Assembly (NCBI GenBank): GCA_028023455.1
Contig: JAQFVV010000007.1
Coordinates: 1,984,001 to 2,048,000, forward strand
Reading direction: 5' to 3'
Length of the DNA stretch: 64,000 nucleotides
Source: Epiperipatus broadwayi
Taxonomy: Eukaryota > Animalia > Onychophora
Under the pieces are notes generated by a model. It had not been told where the DNA came from and searched no databases. It was given only the letters and a program-made list of their open reading frames with translations. The translations under genes were made by a program, and so were the position numbers. This document shows positions 26,720 through 39,649 of this stretch, piece after piece (positions within the stretch are counted from its first letter, which is position 1; every line of letters starts with the position of its first letter).

Positions 26720-27460
26720 GGATAATGGTTTAGTAAGCACTTATGCTATTTTGGACACCAAGGGGAGTTCGAAACTTTGCTGGCACAACCAACTGATAAA
26801 CAAACTTAGATTATATCCAAACAATTAATAAGTGTTCCTTATATTTTGTTCAGTCTGTATAAAAAATTTCAATTTTCATAAAAAAGAAAATTCATAAGAA
26901 ATAAGCTACAAAACTATTTTTAATATTTTATCCCCAAAATCAATTACTAAACTAAGATAAAAACATGGCAAAAAAATTATTAGTATAATTAAAACATTAC
27001 AGATATTGTATCAAATGAAAAAATAAAAATATTTTTAGAGTTAATTAGTAATTAGCAAATGACAAAAAGCTATACATATAATCAAAACATTATGAATATT
27101 ATGTTAAAAGAAAAATAATAAAAATTTCATAAATAATGTTTAAAGTAAATAAAAATATGACAACAGAAAAAATGCATAAACTGACACAAGAATTAATATA
27201 TTTAAATGATAATATTTTAATATTACAGTTAACAAGAAAAACAAACCCCCATTATTAAAACTATTAACTTATGTTGAATTTTGAACAGCAAATAGATATT
27301 TTTTTTTATCTAAAAACAGGGGTGAATACTGGCCACATTTTCACTTAGCATTAGAAAAGAAAAATGAAAACAAAAAAAAAAACTAGTGGGGTTCACATCT
27401 CCTTAATATCAGAATGACTTTTGATATTTAAGGTGGTAAAAAATACACCTGGGTCTTGTT
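26720..27460. repeat. Dispersed repeat, unclassified; diverged inverted copy at ~46490-47150
   Basis: tagtaagcacttatgctattttggacacc...aatcaattactaaactaagataaaa matches the reverse complement of the 46.5-47.15 kb copy at roughly 70% by eye. Confidence 0.65.
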
Positions 27461-28724
27461 TTATTGGATTATTTTAATGCAATTTTAAAGTTATGTGATT
27501 TATGTTTCTTTTTAATATCTTTCATATTTCACAATATTTATTAGATATCAGGAAATTTAAATTATTAATAACTTATTTTGACTTGAAATACTTTTTTTTA
27601 AAACTATAACATTATATTAGCAGCTAATGTGAATATGGCCTGAAACTGTATTTAGAATCTTAGCTTCTATGTAAATAACCTACTTATACTAATGATTTAT
27701 ACTAATAGATTTATAGTTATGTATAAAAATATCCCAATAAATATTCAAAAATTTTAAACTTTTAAAATGTATTTTGTTTGATATAACAGAAATAAAAAAA
27801 TTTTAGATTGTTAAAATAAATAATAAAGATTTTATTGATTTTTTAAACTGAAAATAATCTTTCTAATGATAATGTGTAATCTTTTTGTTTTGATTGCGAT
27901 CTCATTTTTTTAATATAAAAACAGAAAACCTTTAATACAGCACTAGACTGAAAGTAACACTAGTTGTGCATCACATCACGAATCTGATTTCTTACCAGTT
28001 TACAAACAAATGCATCTTGTCAAATAGCGGTAATGATTAAAATGTGTATGAAAAAATGTAAAATTAAATACTGTAGTTAATAAAAAAAGTAAAAAAAGAT
28101 TTGTCTTGTATTTTTTTTCAAATATTTGCAATTTTTTATTAGTCATACTTTATTTCCTTATTTTTTTAATGTGAATTTTAAAGCAATTTTTTGTTGTTGC
28201 TTTGCTTTTATGCAATTTCTGAAAATTACTGGAACATATCCCCCAATTTTCAAGGTAAGTTAAGTCTATTTTTGTGTGATTTTTTTTGTGTGCATTTTCT
28301 GAGAAACCTATCTACTGCATAAAATAAGACACAGGTGTACTAGACTAAAATATTATAACAAATTTGAAAATGTTTATAATCTTAAAATAATACAAACTTT
28401 TGCATGAGTATAATCTCTACAATAATTACATGGAAATACTTAGTTCATTTTGTAATATTAGCTGTAAATACATGCAAAAGGGAAAGACAAAAAGGTTGTG
28501 TCAGCCTTTTTCTTGTGATGTGAAATGGTTCAAACATTAGTTGTTTTTTTAAATATGTAAATATTGTTTATTTGTTAATTAAGTTTTGTTTTTTAAATTT
28601 GATTTCATTGTTTGTCTATTACTACTAATAGTCATGTTTTAATTTTTTATTTATTTTAGTATTTGCTAATTATTTTATATTAATGATGTGGTGACAGAAT
28701 AGTAATGATGTTGATGTTATGTCT

Positions 28725-29480
28725 AATCATCCATTTATCTTCATATGTATCTATTTATCTTTTTTTATTCATACATGAATCTATTCATCCAATTATCTAT
28801 CAATCAAACCATCTATTCATTAATCCATTACCGGTCTATCTATATATCTTTTTATCTATACAATATGAACACATCCATTCATTCATCTCTTTATTTATTC
28901 ATCCATTACTATCTAATTGCTTACCTCTTTATCTGTCTATTTGTCTATTTAACTTTATCTGACTTTCTTTTATCCACCCATTTACCTATCCATCCAACTA
29001 TCTATTTATTCATCAATCTTTCCATATATCTAGATGGAAACAGAGATAAGCAGATATAAATAGATAGGAAGATGCCTCCATAAATAGGTAGATGAATGGA
29101 TAGAAATATAGATACAAAGGCAGATACATCAATGGATAAGTATAGATGAATCGATGGACAGATAGATAAATGACTGGATGTAAAGATTAATGGTTAAATA
29201 GATAAATAAATAAACAAATAGACAGGTAAGTAGATATGCAGACAAATACCAATAGACAAATAGATAGACAGATAAATAGATAGATGGGCAAACAAATAAG
29301 TAGATAGGTAGATAGATAGAAATGCAGATAGATTTCTAATAGATGAATGGATAAATAGATAGATAGATGGTTAAATAGATTGATGATTGGATGGATAAAT
29401 AAATAGACAGAAAGGGAAATGGATAGATAGATACAGATAGATGAATAGATAGCTAGATGAATGGATGAATATATAAATGC
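28725..29480. repeat. Degenerate (CTAT)n/(GATA)n satellite that switches strand near 29030
   Basis: Left half ctat/ccat units, right half gata/gatg units; junction at TCTAGA. Confidence 0.85.
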
Positions 29481-29494
29481 AAAGACATATGTAA

Positions 29495-29668
29495 ATTGTA
29501 TTTTTATATTAGACTGTTTCCATCATCTAATTTGTATGTTGAATGTCTTATAGAAAAGTTTAATTTTATTTAAATATTCCAAATACATTCAACTGTTAGT
29601 AATATCATAGCAACAAGTTAATATATGAACCAACAGTTAGTAATATCACAGCAAACAGGTTAGTATAT
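29495..29668. repeat. Left part of a fold-back element split by the Gypsy insertion (rest at 42570-42858)
   Basis: Reverse complement of ~42640-42858; same terminal sequence as the 48514-49010 fold-back; internal ~42-bp ctgttagtaatatcacagcaaacagg units. Confidence 0.85.
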
Positions 29669-32600
29669 TGAAACAGTAAGATTTGAGTTTGAAGCTTAGT
29701 TTCACCTCAGTTCCATTTGTTCTATCATCTTTTACCCACTCCTACATTCCACCTAAATTTTAACCTTGAATATTGAATTGTGTGTATATAACGGTATTAG
29801 GTATATATTATAATGGTCAGTGATGATGATGAAGTAACAGTCTTACCGCATCTGCCGACAGAGCGCCACTAGGCTACTTGAACCTAGAAAATTTATAAAG
29901 TCGACAGATATGTGCTGTTAAGACCGCGACCGCCAGCCCAAGTCACTAGCTCATGAGGCACAGAAACTTATATATATTTATTCAAATATATTTTTAATAA
30001 TAAAGAATAAAAAAGCAAGCCCTGTCAGTTTTAATAACAAAAAAAAAAGATTTTATTTACGTATATAATCAATAATGCACAAACTTTAAAATTATTATAT
30101 AAGAAAAAACTATATTTTTTATTATTATTAGTTTTATTTGTTTTAACTTTTATTTTTAATCTTAGAAATGTTGAGTATAAATGAGCTACCTAGACGCACT
30201 CACAAATTTTCAAATAATTTGAATCCAGACTAAAAATCTGCAGCCACACCAATACTCGCCTCCAGATATATATCAGCAACCAATGCAATGTGAACATGTT
30301 AGCATAGAATCACGTAGACAGGAATGTGCATCTGAACAGCATGATATTATTGGAGAAAACATGGCCTTCATCCTGCAGGAATGTGCATCTGTCAGGCGAA
30401 GGAAACATGCATATAAAATAGTAAAAAGAAATGCTACGTATGGATGGGAGAGCGGTCTTATCTTGCTGGCTTATCATCCAAAATCCATAGAGCTGGAATG
30501 GGTCAATGGTGCAGAAAATACCTCTGCATCCATTTCAACGATATGATTACCTCTTTGGGGTCATGCATTCAGTTGGACTCGTCGCCTTAGGTGCTAACAC
30601 ACTTCACATTACATTGATATAATCGTTCATATATCTCTCCATCAGCATTGACACAACTACAAAACAAATAGTCCGAGATCAAAACCCCTTTAAACAACAT
30701 ATATTTAAACTAGTCTAGCAGCCATCTATACTCAACTAACATTTAAATCATTTTATTAATTTAAAAAAAATCAAATATTTAGTTTACAGTTTTAAAATAA
30801 TTTTAAAATGAGCATTATATTTAACATTTTCTTTCCAGAAATACTATTTTTAACCTATTTTTAAAATTTGTTAATGCACAAATAACGATGTGTTTCTATT
30901 TTTAAATTTAAGTTTGCAATCGCAAACCCCACCCTATTACAAACAGATCTTACACTTAGCATAAATGAAAACATATTTTAAAAGATTACGTTTCAATTTT
31001 TGATAAGACTTAAATTTTTTAAAGTTTATAGAGTTTAGATTTGATTCAGAGAGAAAGTCTATAAATCATCTTTAAAGGAAAATAAAGTTCTGAGATTTTA
31101 AATTAAGAGTTTATAATGTTTTTTTGTTTATAATGTATACTTTCCTTTCTTTCTCCGGGCTCGTTCCTTCGTGAGGAAGATCTGAATTTATAAAAAGATC
31201 CATTTCTTGTGGGCGATGATGATTTATGAAGATGCATTTATGAAGATTTATGCATATGGCACCAGTGGTTTGATCCTGGGATCCGTGAATAGGAAAGCTA
31301 CCTTCGGCTGGCCGCACCAAAGTAAGCACGATGAAGCTCATTACATTTTTGGTGACGGCGATAATATTTATGTTCACTTTTCAGCAACAGACGAAAGAAT
31401 TTACATTTTTATTTTTTCTAATCTCCAACTCATTATTCCTTTTGGATTTTTCTTTTTATAGTCATTGGGCACCTTATCTCTGGAATGCACGGATTCATCA
31501 AACATATTTCATTATTTATATTTTATTGGTTAATTCAGTTTGTGGCCAAGTAGATTTTGGGTTTATGGCTAAGTAAATTTTTCCACTGAGGTCTCTCTCC
31601 GTATCTTTGGGTGGGAAAAGCAAGTCTTTTGTTTCTATTTCATAATCATTTTCTTTTCCACGGTCATTTTGCCCTAAGGATCTGTTTGTAATTTTTCTTT
31701 TTAAGATTAAAAACTCTTTGCTATATCAAAAGGCTTTTTATTATATATTTTATTTAAAGATTAGAATCTTTGCTTCGATTCTATAAATTATTTATATTTT
31801 AAAGCTTATTTTAAGATTTAAATCAATCTACCATATTAATAAATTAATAATTCATTATTTGTGCATTTTCACAGTTTGTTTTTAATTCTGTATTAGATAA
31901 AAAAAAGTTACTATTAAAATTTGAATGTAATGCATATATATATCCCGTTACAATATGTAAGCGGTTTTTAAATATGCCATAATGTAATTTAAATGATATA
32001 TTAAATTCATAGTATTAAAATTCCATTGCATAAATATTTATTTAGATCAATTTATATTTATAATATTTTTTGTTTATAAAACTTAAAAATCTGTTTGCAA
32101 CTTAAAAAAAACATATAAATGTACAAAAATAGAAATCCCTCCTGTTTAATTAAAATTGCAAAGTCATAATGGGTGGGGAGAGACAATAGAACATGGAGAG
32201 ATATTCCTAAAAGCTTTTTTAATTAGTTTTAAAATAGGTAAAATCTGCATTGTAATCAGGTCACGAGTAATGGAACCAAAAATAAAGTACTAAATAAATT
32301 CAGTCAGATTAAAAATACAAATATAACAAGTGCTAATAATGCATCAGTTTACTTGGGGGTATTGCATTAGTGGACCTGAGAGACTCTGACTATGTCATGT
32401 CAGATGGATCCACAAGATAGGAAATAGAGAAAGTATAAAGAGGGAAGTGTTCATGTTTTAAGAAAATTAATGAATTACTGAATTTTTGTATATTTTAAGA
32501 ACATTCCTGTGCTATAATACTTGTTCGGATCATTACAAAGCTGATCTCTGGCTTACTCTTTGCAAATCTCAGTCTATGGTATTTCTATCATTTTAGTTAT

Positions 32601-34643
32601 TAAAAGTAAATCATTATACTGTTTTATATTGCCATGACTGAGAATTGTGGTGTGCACTATTCTCTTCTGGGGAAATAGTCTATATGAACTGAATTTCCCA
32701 TATGCTCTAAAATGAACTGTTAATACTTAATAGAATCTATAGACTGCTGCCTGATTAAAATGCTGCCATCAACTTAAATCTTAAAATAAGCCACCAAAGA
32801 AAATTGCTGCTGATAAATAAATGGACCATGAAAGATCAACTGTCAATGTGCACACTCAGTTGAATTCAAAAGGTAACTGGTACCAAAAATCTTTAAAAGA
32901 TTTTCAGTCCTTAATCTAAAGCTATAGCTCATTTAAACAATCTGTATTTTTTTTATTTATAATTTGTCCTATGTATGTAAAAATCTATTAAAGTTTTGCT
33001 TATGATATTTAAAATATATTACAACTCTATAACTATTTAAATGTAAATTAACACATCTGATTTACACTGTGTATCTATTTTATTATCATGTATTTGACTA
33101 GGTATATGATTTCATGCCTAGATAATTTCCAACCTGGTTCACTAGTTTTATTAAATGTTATAATTAATAATTGTCAACATAATGAGAGAAATCATCAAGA
33201 TAATATAATAATGATAACCTCATTTTGAACTAACAAGCTGCCGGCTCCAGAATTATCCATCCTTATTATTAAATAATCTATTTAATGGAGCATTCTCATG
33301 ATTTTTGTATTATTATGCATCCCAGTATTGTTATGTATTAAAATAAATTGCAGTATTTACAGAGATATATCCGATGTTTGATGTTAGTTAAAAATTCAAG
33401 TGTACCACAATTTGTTGTGGGTGGATTTATCAAATTGGCAATAGTAATAAGATAGAATTTTAATCTCCCTTGTATTAGCTGGTTTATATTAATTTATTTA
33501 TACTAATAAACCAGTAATTATGTTATTCAAGAGCTTTTAAGTAAAACAATTCATAAACGTGGGTCTTGGAAGTGAATCATATTGTTTTAAGCAAATTTAA
33601 ATAAATCTAACTATGTTCTGCCAGCAATATGTGTTATAGCCTAGTGATGCCATGTTCTCATTTAAGCCATGAAAAATACCAGATACATAAATATAAATGT
33701 ATCATTCCACTCCCATACAGTAGGTCATATTTAGAAGTGCTCCCATGGGTAGCTGAGTCAGTCATGCAATCAGGAAGTAACAGTGGCCATATCCTGTACA
33801 CCCGAACCTGCTTATATGATTGGTCTCATAGGGTTTCAGGCACAAAGCCCATTTATGAGTTTTATATTTCCCCATATGACTTCACTGTATCACAGTGTAG
33901 TCTTCAATTATCATATGGCATCTCTATACATATCACTTTTTATTTACTTATCTTTTTATTGTATGTTTATGATTACATTTCCCAAGTATTCCATGTTAAC
34001 TGCTCTCCAATAACAGGCCCCTAGAATTAATTATATAAATAATACTTTAAGCATATGTTATGTTCCTAAGGTGTGGATCCATCATTCAAACTGTATTAAC
34101 CATTTTACCTCATGTTGTGGCTAATATGATTAATGGTTTAGGCATGAGATAACTCTTAGGTCATTAATACCCAAAAGGGCCAGATCGAATAATTAATGAA
34201 CTACAAATGTAAGATTTCATATCATATTAGAAGTCTCAGAGATTTCCAACCTCAAAATATGTAATCTCATTTTATTTAGAATATTAAATATATAATGTTT
34301 TAATTACATCTGTATCCATATGTCTGTTCTTCAATGCCTTGTAGCCATGGTATTTCACATCAATAAGAAGTTAAATATATTAAAGTTACACATTAGTAAA
34401 GTAGTAATAATAATCTTAGGTTTAGTTAGTAAAAGTCCCTTGCATCACCCTGATCCCGGTGGCCTAAAATATATTTACTAGAGTGATGGCCATGTGTTGT
34501 AACATGGTTGTATGTTGTGAAAGCAATCTACTAGATTTGAACATGGCACAGCAGGCCCTGAACCCACCTATTGCACTGCTTTTTGAATGTGGTGGTTGAA
34601 TTGTGCAACATGTTAACAAGGCATACGAATTCTGACCATTACA
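29669..34643 (+). repeat. 5' LTR (interrupted by a 2.1-kb solo LTR)
   Basis: 29669-29808 plus 31953-34643 align with 39650-42569 at about 85-90% by eye. Confidence 0.9.
29809..31952. mobile_element. Solo LTR of another family nested in the 5' LTR
   Basis: Absent from the 3' LTR; termini TATAATGG...CCGTTACA (mutated TGTAACGG inverted repeat); ATAT TSD at 29805-29808 and 31953-31956; CpG-richer than its surroundings. Confidence 0.8.
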
Positions 34644-34664
34644 TAGTAATTTTTTTTTAGCACC

Positions 34665-34680
34665 TGGTACCCAATGTGGC
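34665..34680 (+). promoter_or_regulatory. Primer-binding site, tRNA-Lys(CUU)-like
   Basis: TGGTACCCAATGTGGC vs canonical TGGCGCCCAACGTGGGGC; substitutions fall at CpG sites. Confidence 0.7.
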
Positions 34681-35499
34681 ATAAACTATACATAAATACG
34701 ACCCAGAGAAGTAAATTGTTAAGTATTAAAGAAGCTAAGATATGTAAAAGATTTTTTTTCAAGCACTTGATGCTGCAATGTGGGTGAACTATAATAAAAT
34801 ATGACCCTGAGAAATGATGTCTTCAGGGAGTTTTAAAGTATGTAATAGTTTTAGTATTTTTAAATGCCTGGCACACTAGCATCAATAATGTAAACATTAT
34901 ACCCTGAGTAATAATAATAACTCCAAATCTTTTTGTAAAAAATATATAAAATTTTCCCTAGGTTTTGTGACATGATATAGAAAAAAAAAGTTTTTTGGGT
35001 AACAATAAGTTTTCTTTTAGTATCGATAATGTAAACACCCACATGCTCTCAGTATATATGCAAATGAAAATCTTAGTATAAAAACTTTGAACCATTGTTA
35101 GTCTTATGTTTGTAAATTAAATAATATATGTAACATTTGTAAATAATCATGATCAAGTGAGGTGCTACGGGGTATATGATTGGACAACAGATATAATAGT
35201 GAGTATAAAGGAAGCAGGGATATATGTAGTTTAGGAAAATATGAAACATACTCAGATCTAGTAGGGGTTCTGCATAAAAGCTATGAAAGTGAAATAGCAG
35301 TAGCAACAAAAATTTAATTTTAAGATCACATATAAGTATTAGAGCAGCATAGATAAATAAGAGCAGTATTATAGAAACTGGGCAGTAGGGAATGGTAGGC
35401 ATTTGACCACAGTAACAGAGAAGGTTAGTAATGAGCCATTAATCATTAGAAATAGAAATGCAGAGTGAAATAAGTGAGAGGATGCAAATAGAAACTTTC

Positions 35500-36157
35500 A
35501 ATGGGGAAATAGGAAAAGGCTGCAACCACATTTGGAGAGACTTCAGGAATTCTTTTGCTGTTATGAAGTGGGAATGGGTAAACAAGCTATAATTGTGAGC
35601 CACTACTTATGAAGTTATGCTATGGATTGGTGGGACATGCTGGCAACAAAAACAACAACCATGAAAAGTTATAGGGCAATGCTTTTTAAACAATATTGGA
35701 GCAAAGAGCAGCAGAGCAATATCCTTTACAGACTCCATCAGGATACATACAGGTCTGGCAACAAAGAATCCTATACCCAGTTTTTCATCCACCAAGCCAA
35801 CATACTCAGGTCCTTAACAACATTCATATTCTCAGATGCATATATCAGAACAATTCAGCAAGGCATGCCATTTTCCATTTTTAATGATTGATGGTTGGAA
35901 ACAACACTAAAGAAGTTGAGGAAATGGTGGAGTTCCTGACAACCATAGATGAGGAGCAGTGGTCAGGTGAACAAAAAGACCACACCCCAGATAACAAGGA
36001 CAAGAGACAGAATAAAGCAACAGAGGCTCCAGCAAGAAAATCCAGTATCAACACCAACCTCAACATCAACCAGGAACAGAAGGAGGAAACAATGTTACAT
36101 CAACAGTCATCCATGAAGAGAACCCCATCTGGGGGACCCCAATTGGCCCATTCCTAA
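35500..36157 (+). pseudogene. gag: gag (frameshifted)
   Basis: ORF fragments 35622-35891 (WW...FKQYWSKEQQ...SYTQFF) and 35888-36157 upstream of the protease. Confidence 0.65.
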
Positions 36158-39100
36158 TCATTAACACCAAAGTAGGAGCCTCAACAGCATGTGTCCTCCT
36201 CAACACTGGCAGTCAGGTCTCATGAATCTCTAAAGAATGGTTGGTAAAACTAGAAATACAGGAACTTATACCTAGACTCCCTGCTCGGATGATCCAGATA
36301 AAGCTGGCTGATGGTATGTTAACCAAGACTGAAAGCTACCAAGTATGGCTAAAAGTCTCAATAGAGAAAACTACTATGGAACACACTTTTTTAGTCATCA
36401 AAAGACTAATACTGGATGTAATAATTGGATCAAACTTTCTGGCCCAGCATGGATGTATCCTCAACTAGTATCCCCAACTACAACAAAAAACATTCATGTT
36501 GCAGCAAGAACAAATAAGTTTTGGTGCCAATACTGAAGACCAAGGAATACAGGTCAGATGTTTGGGAGCCCACCCTGATGAAGACATCCAACAAAAGACC
36601 ACTGAGTCATCACTAAAGATAGGAGACAACCAAGCATGATTATGGAAAGTACTGATGGAAAACTGGATAGTGTTTTCACAGGTCCCAGGTGAAATCAAGA
36701 ATTACATCCATAAGATACAGGTGAAAGATGAGACATATTTTCAAACCTGTGCATATCTGATCCCTTTCCATACCAGAAAGAGGTGAACACCCAAATTCAA
36801 CAGATAATAAACTGGGGTATTATTGAGAATGGATCATCCTCGTATAACAACTTGTTGGTCATGGTGAAAAAAAATGGATTCATAAGGCTTTGCTTGGACA
36901 TACAGAAACTCAACAATATTACAATACCCAAGAGAGACATTCCCCCACCAGTTCAAGAAACATTTATGAAAACTAATAAAGAAAAGTATATTTTCAACTT
37001 TAGATTTAACTGCCAGTAACTGGCAAATGGCCCTACATCCCCAGAACCTAAAATATACAACCTTCCAGCACAATGGACAGACCCACAAGTTTAAAAGAAT
37101 GCCTTTCAGGCTGATAAACAATGGTGCTGGCCTCATTCAGTGTTTGGACCAAGTCCTATCAGAACCTTTGAAGAAAAAACTTGTGTGTAATGTAGATGAC
37201 ATGGTGGTAGCATCAAGAAACATGAATGAGCATTAAGACTTAAGACATTTTTTCGAGGAATGTGCCCAAAAAATATAACCATGAACCTCAAAAAGATTTC
37301 TTTGTGTTAAAAGAGATATCATTCTTAGGGCATCTCATACAGGAATAAGGGGTTAGAGCTTGTCCCAACAATGTCAAAGTGATCCATAACTTTCCAAGAC
37401 CAACAAACTGAAAACAGGTTCGGTCATTCCTGGGCCTATGTAATTATTACCACAGATTATATCCTCAATTTGCCAAAGACACATCTTCCTTGGTAGAATT
37501 ACTGAAACTGCATCACTGATGGGATTGGTCACAACTTCTTGAAGAAGGTTTTCAGCTGACAAAAAACATTTCTGCAAACCATAATGCTGCACTATCCAAA
37601 ATTTATCCACCCATTTATTATAGACAGATAGTAGTTAAAAAGGACTGGGGATAGTGTTGTTTCAAATCAACCAAGATAGCCAGCACCAAGTATTATACTT
37701 TAGCAGCTATACGTTAAACAGGGCTGAGAAAAATTACAGTCACTGAACAAGAAGCCCTGGTCATTGTATGGGCCAGTAATAAATTTAAGCAAGTGTTGTT
37801 GGGCTCAGAGGTAATAATCATCACTGACCATCAATGCCTGTAGTTCCATAACAAGAGCTACCTGAACAACGACCACCTCATACGATGGAGTCTGAGTCTT
37901 CAGAGATTTCACTATAAGGTTGTTTATTGCACTGGCCTGTAAAACATGGTAGCTGATATACTGAGTCACTATCACATTGAAATGGAATTCCAAAATCCAA
38001 TCCTATGTGATTAACCATTGGTCATCACTGCAAATGTACTAGACCATGAGATGGAACAACAGTTGAAAAACCTCCCACATTGGCAGAAGCACCACCCCAT
38101 ATATACACAATTGATTCAATTAGTGTGCCAACAAGGAACCCCAATTCAGGTATGTACATATCAGAAGAGAAAACATGCTACCGAATACAAAATGGATTGC
38201 TGCACCAAGTCAGAAAAAAAGGGAAGTTCTGGAAGATCCTGCTGCCACCAGACCTAAAGAACTGTGTCATAACCTACATCCATAACTTAAGAGGACATTA
38301 CAGTTTGAAAAAAACAGAGGAAGCCATGAAATGACAGCTCCATTGAACAGGGATGTATGTTGAAGTACTTAAAACCCTCAAGAAATGCGTGACCTGTGCT
38401 GGAGATAAACCACCAAGTAGGAATTTTAAGCAGCCCACCTTCTTCCATCATCATGTCAAAACCTAACAAAGTCCTAGCTATTGATCACTATGGACCACAA
38501 CCATATTATAAAAGCTGTCGGTACCTCCTCATCACCTATGACTTATTTTCAAAATACATTTGGGCCTACTGAGTTAGGAGAGCATATTCTCAGTGTGCAA
38601 TCAGGGCATTATGAGGCCAATTCATCCAGATTGGAAGACCCAATAGCCTTCTCTCAGACCATGGATCAGCTTTCACATCATGGGAATGGAGCAAGACCTC
38701 AAACACATCATGACCTTGATCAGAAACCTACAGTCTAACCCTTGCAAAAGAATTATGAAGGAAATCAACCATCTATTCCAAACACACATCAACCAAATCC
38801 ATCGAGGCTGCATTAACTGAACCAATATATTAATGGGATGGTCAATGAAGCCACAGGGATGATTCCTATGCATTTACATTTTGATAAGATGGACCTCTTC
38901 TTGTTAGGACACCATTACCCTTGGATGACCACACAATAGACTTGAAGCAAGCCAAAGAAAAGCACTTCATCACCTAAAAGAATGGGCCAAATGTAGGTAT
39001 CAGTCCGATCAGGGCATTATCATTTCCAAATTGGAGATTACATATGGGTATGAAGTCCACAGCCAAGCAACCAGAACCTAAAGATGTACAAAAAAATTTT

Positions 39101-39244
39101 TCACTATACCAAAGACCTTTCATTATCAATCACATATGTGTTCCAAATGCATATCTCCTAAAAGATAAAAACAGTATCAAAGGGACATATAATGCCCAGA
39201 GCCTCAAATCATGCAGGCATCACCCACCTGATCCTGGGATATAA
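36150..39244 (+). pseudogene. pol: pol: protease, RT, RNase H, integrase (many stops and frameshifts)
   Basis: VLLNTGSQVS (~36190); IRLCLDIQKLN, FKRMPF, NVDDMVV; TDSS*KGLGIVLFQ, AEKNYS, IITDHQCL; HNLRGH..C..C, IDHYGP, YQRPFII...PNAYLL. Confidence 0.92.
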
Positions 39245-39446
39245 GCAACTTAACATCATGTTATGGTCACTATTACAAAAGAAACAAAAATGAATCCGGA
39301 ATATGAACCAGTTAATCCCATAAGACAATGAACAAAAATTTATTTGTACATAGAATTAACATAGATTGAATACTAACCCCAAATTTAATGTAAATAATCA
39401 TTGATCCGAGTATGAAAAAAATTAATACCTGAATCCCTGTCTTCTG

Positions 39447-39450
39447 CCAA

Positions 39451-39544
<94 letters not shown>
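39447..39544. repeat. (TA)n microsatellite
   Basis: Pure AT run. Confidence 0.98.
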
Positions 39545-39547
<3 letters not shown>

Positions 39548-39635
39548 TTATGTAGATTTTAAATTATAAATGTCCATGAATTTTAAGTAGCAGTTTTGTT
39601 TTGTTTTTTGAAATTTTTTTTGTTATCATCTACTT

Positions 39636-39647
39636 GGGGTAAGGGAA
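39636..39647 (+). promoter_or_regulatory. Polypurine tract
   Basis: GGGGTAAGGGAA two nucleotides before the LTR start TGAAACAG. Confidence 0.8.
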
Positions 39648-39649
39648 TA

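Noticed and set aside
29820-31620. CpG-rich promoter/first-exon-like signals, a signal-peptide-like ORF (31331) and a DDE-like ORF (30283)
   Set aside because: All fall inside the solo LTR bounded by an ATAT TSD; ORFs are short with no firm motifs.
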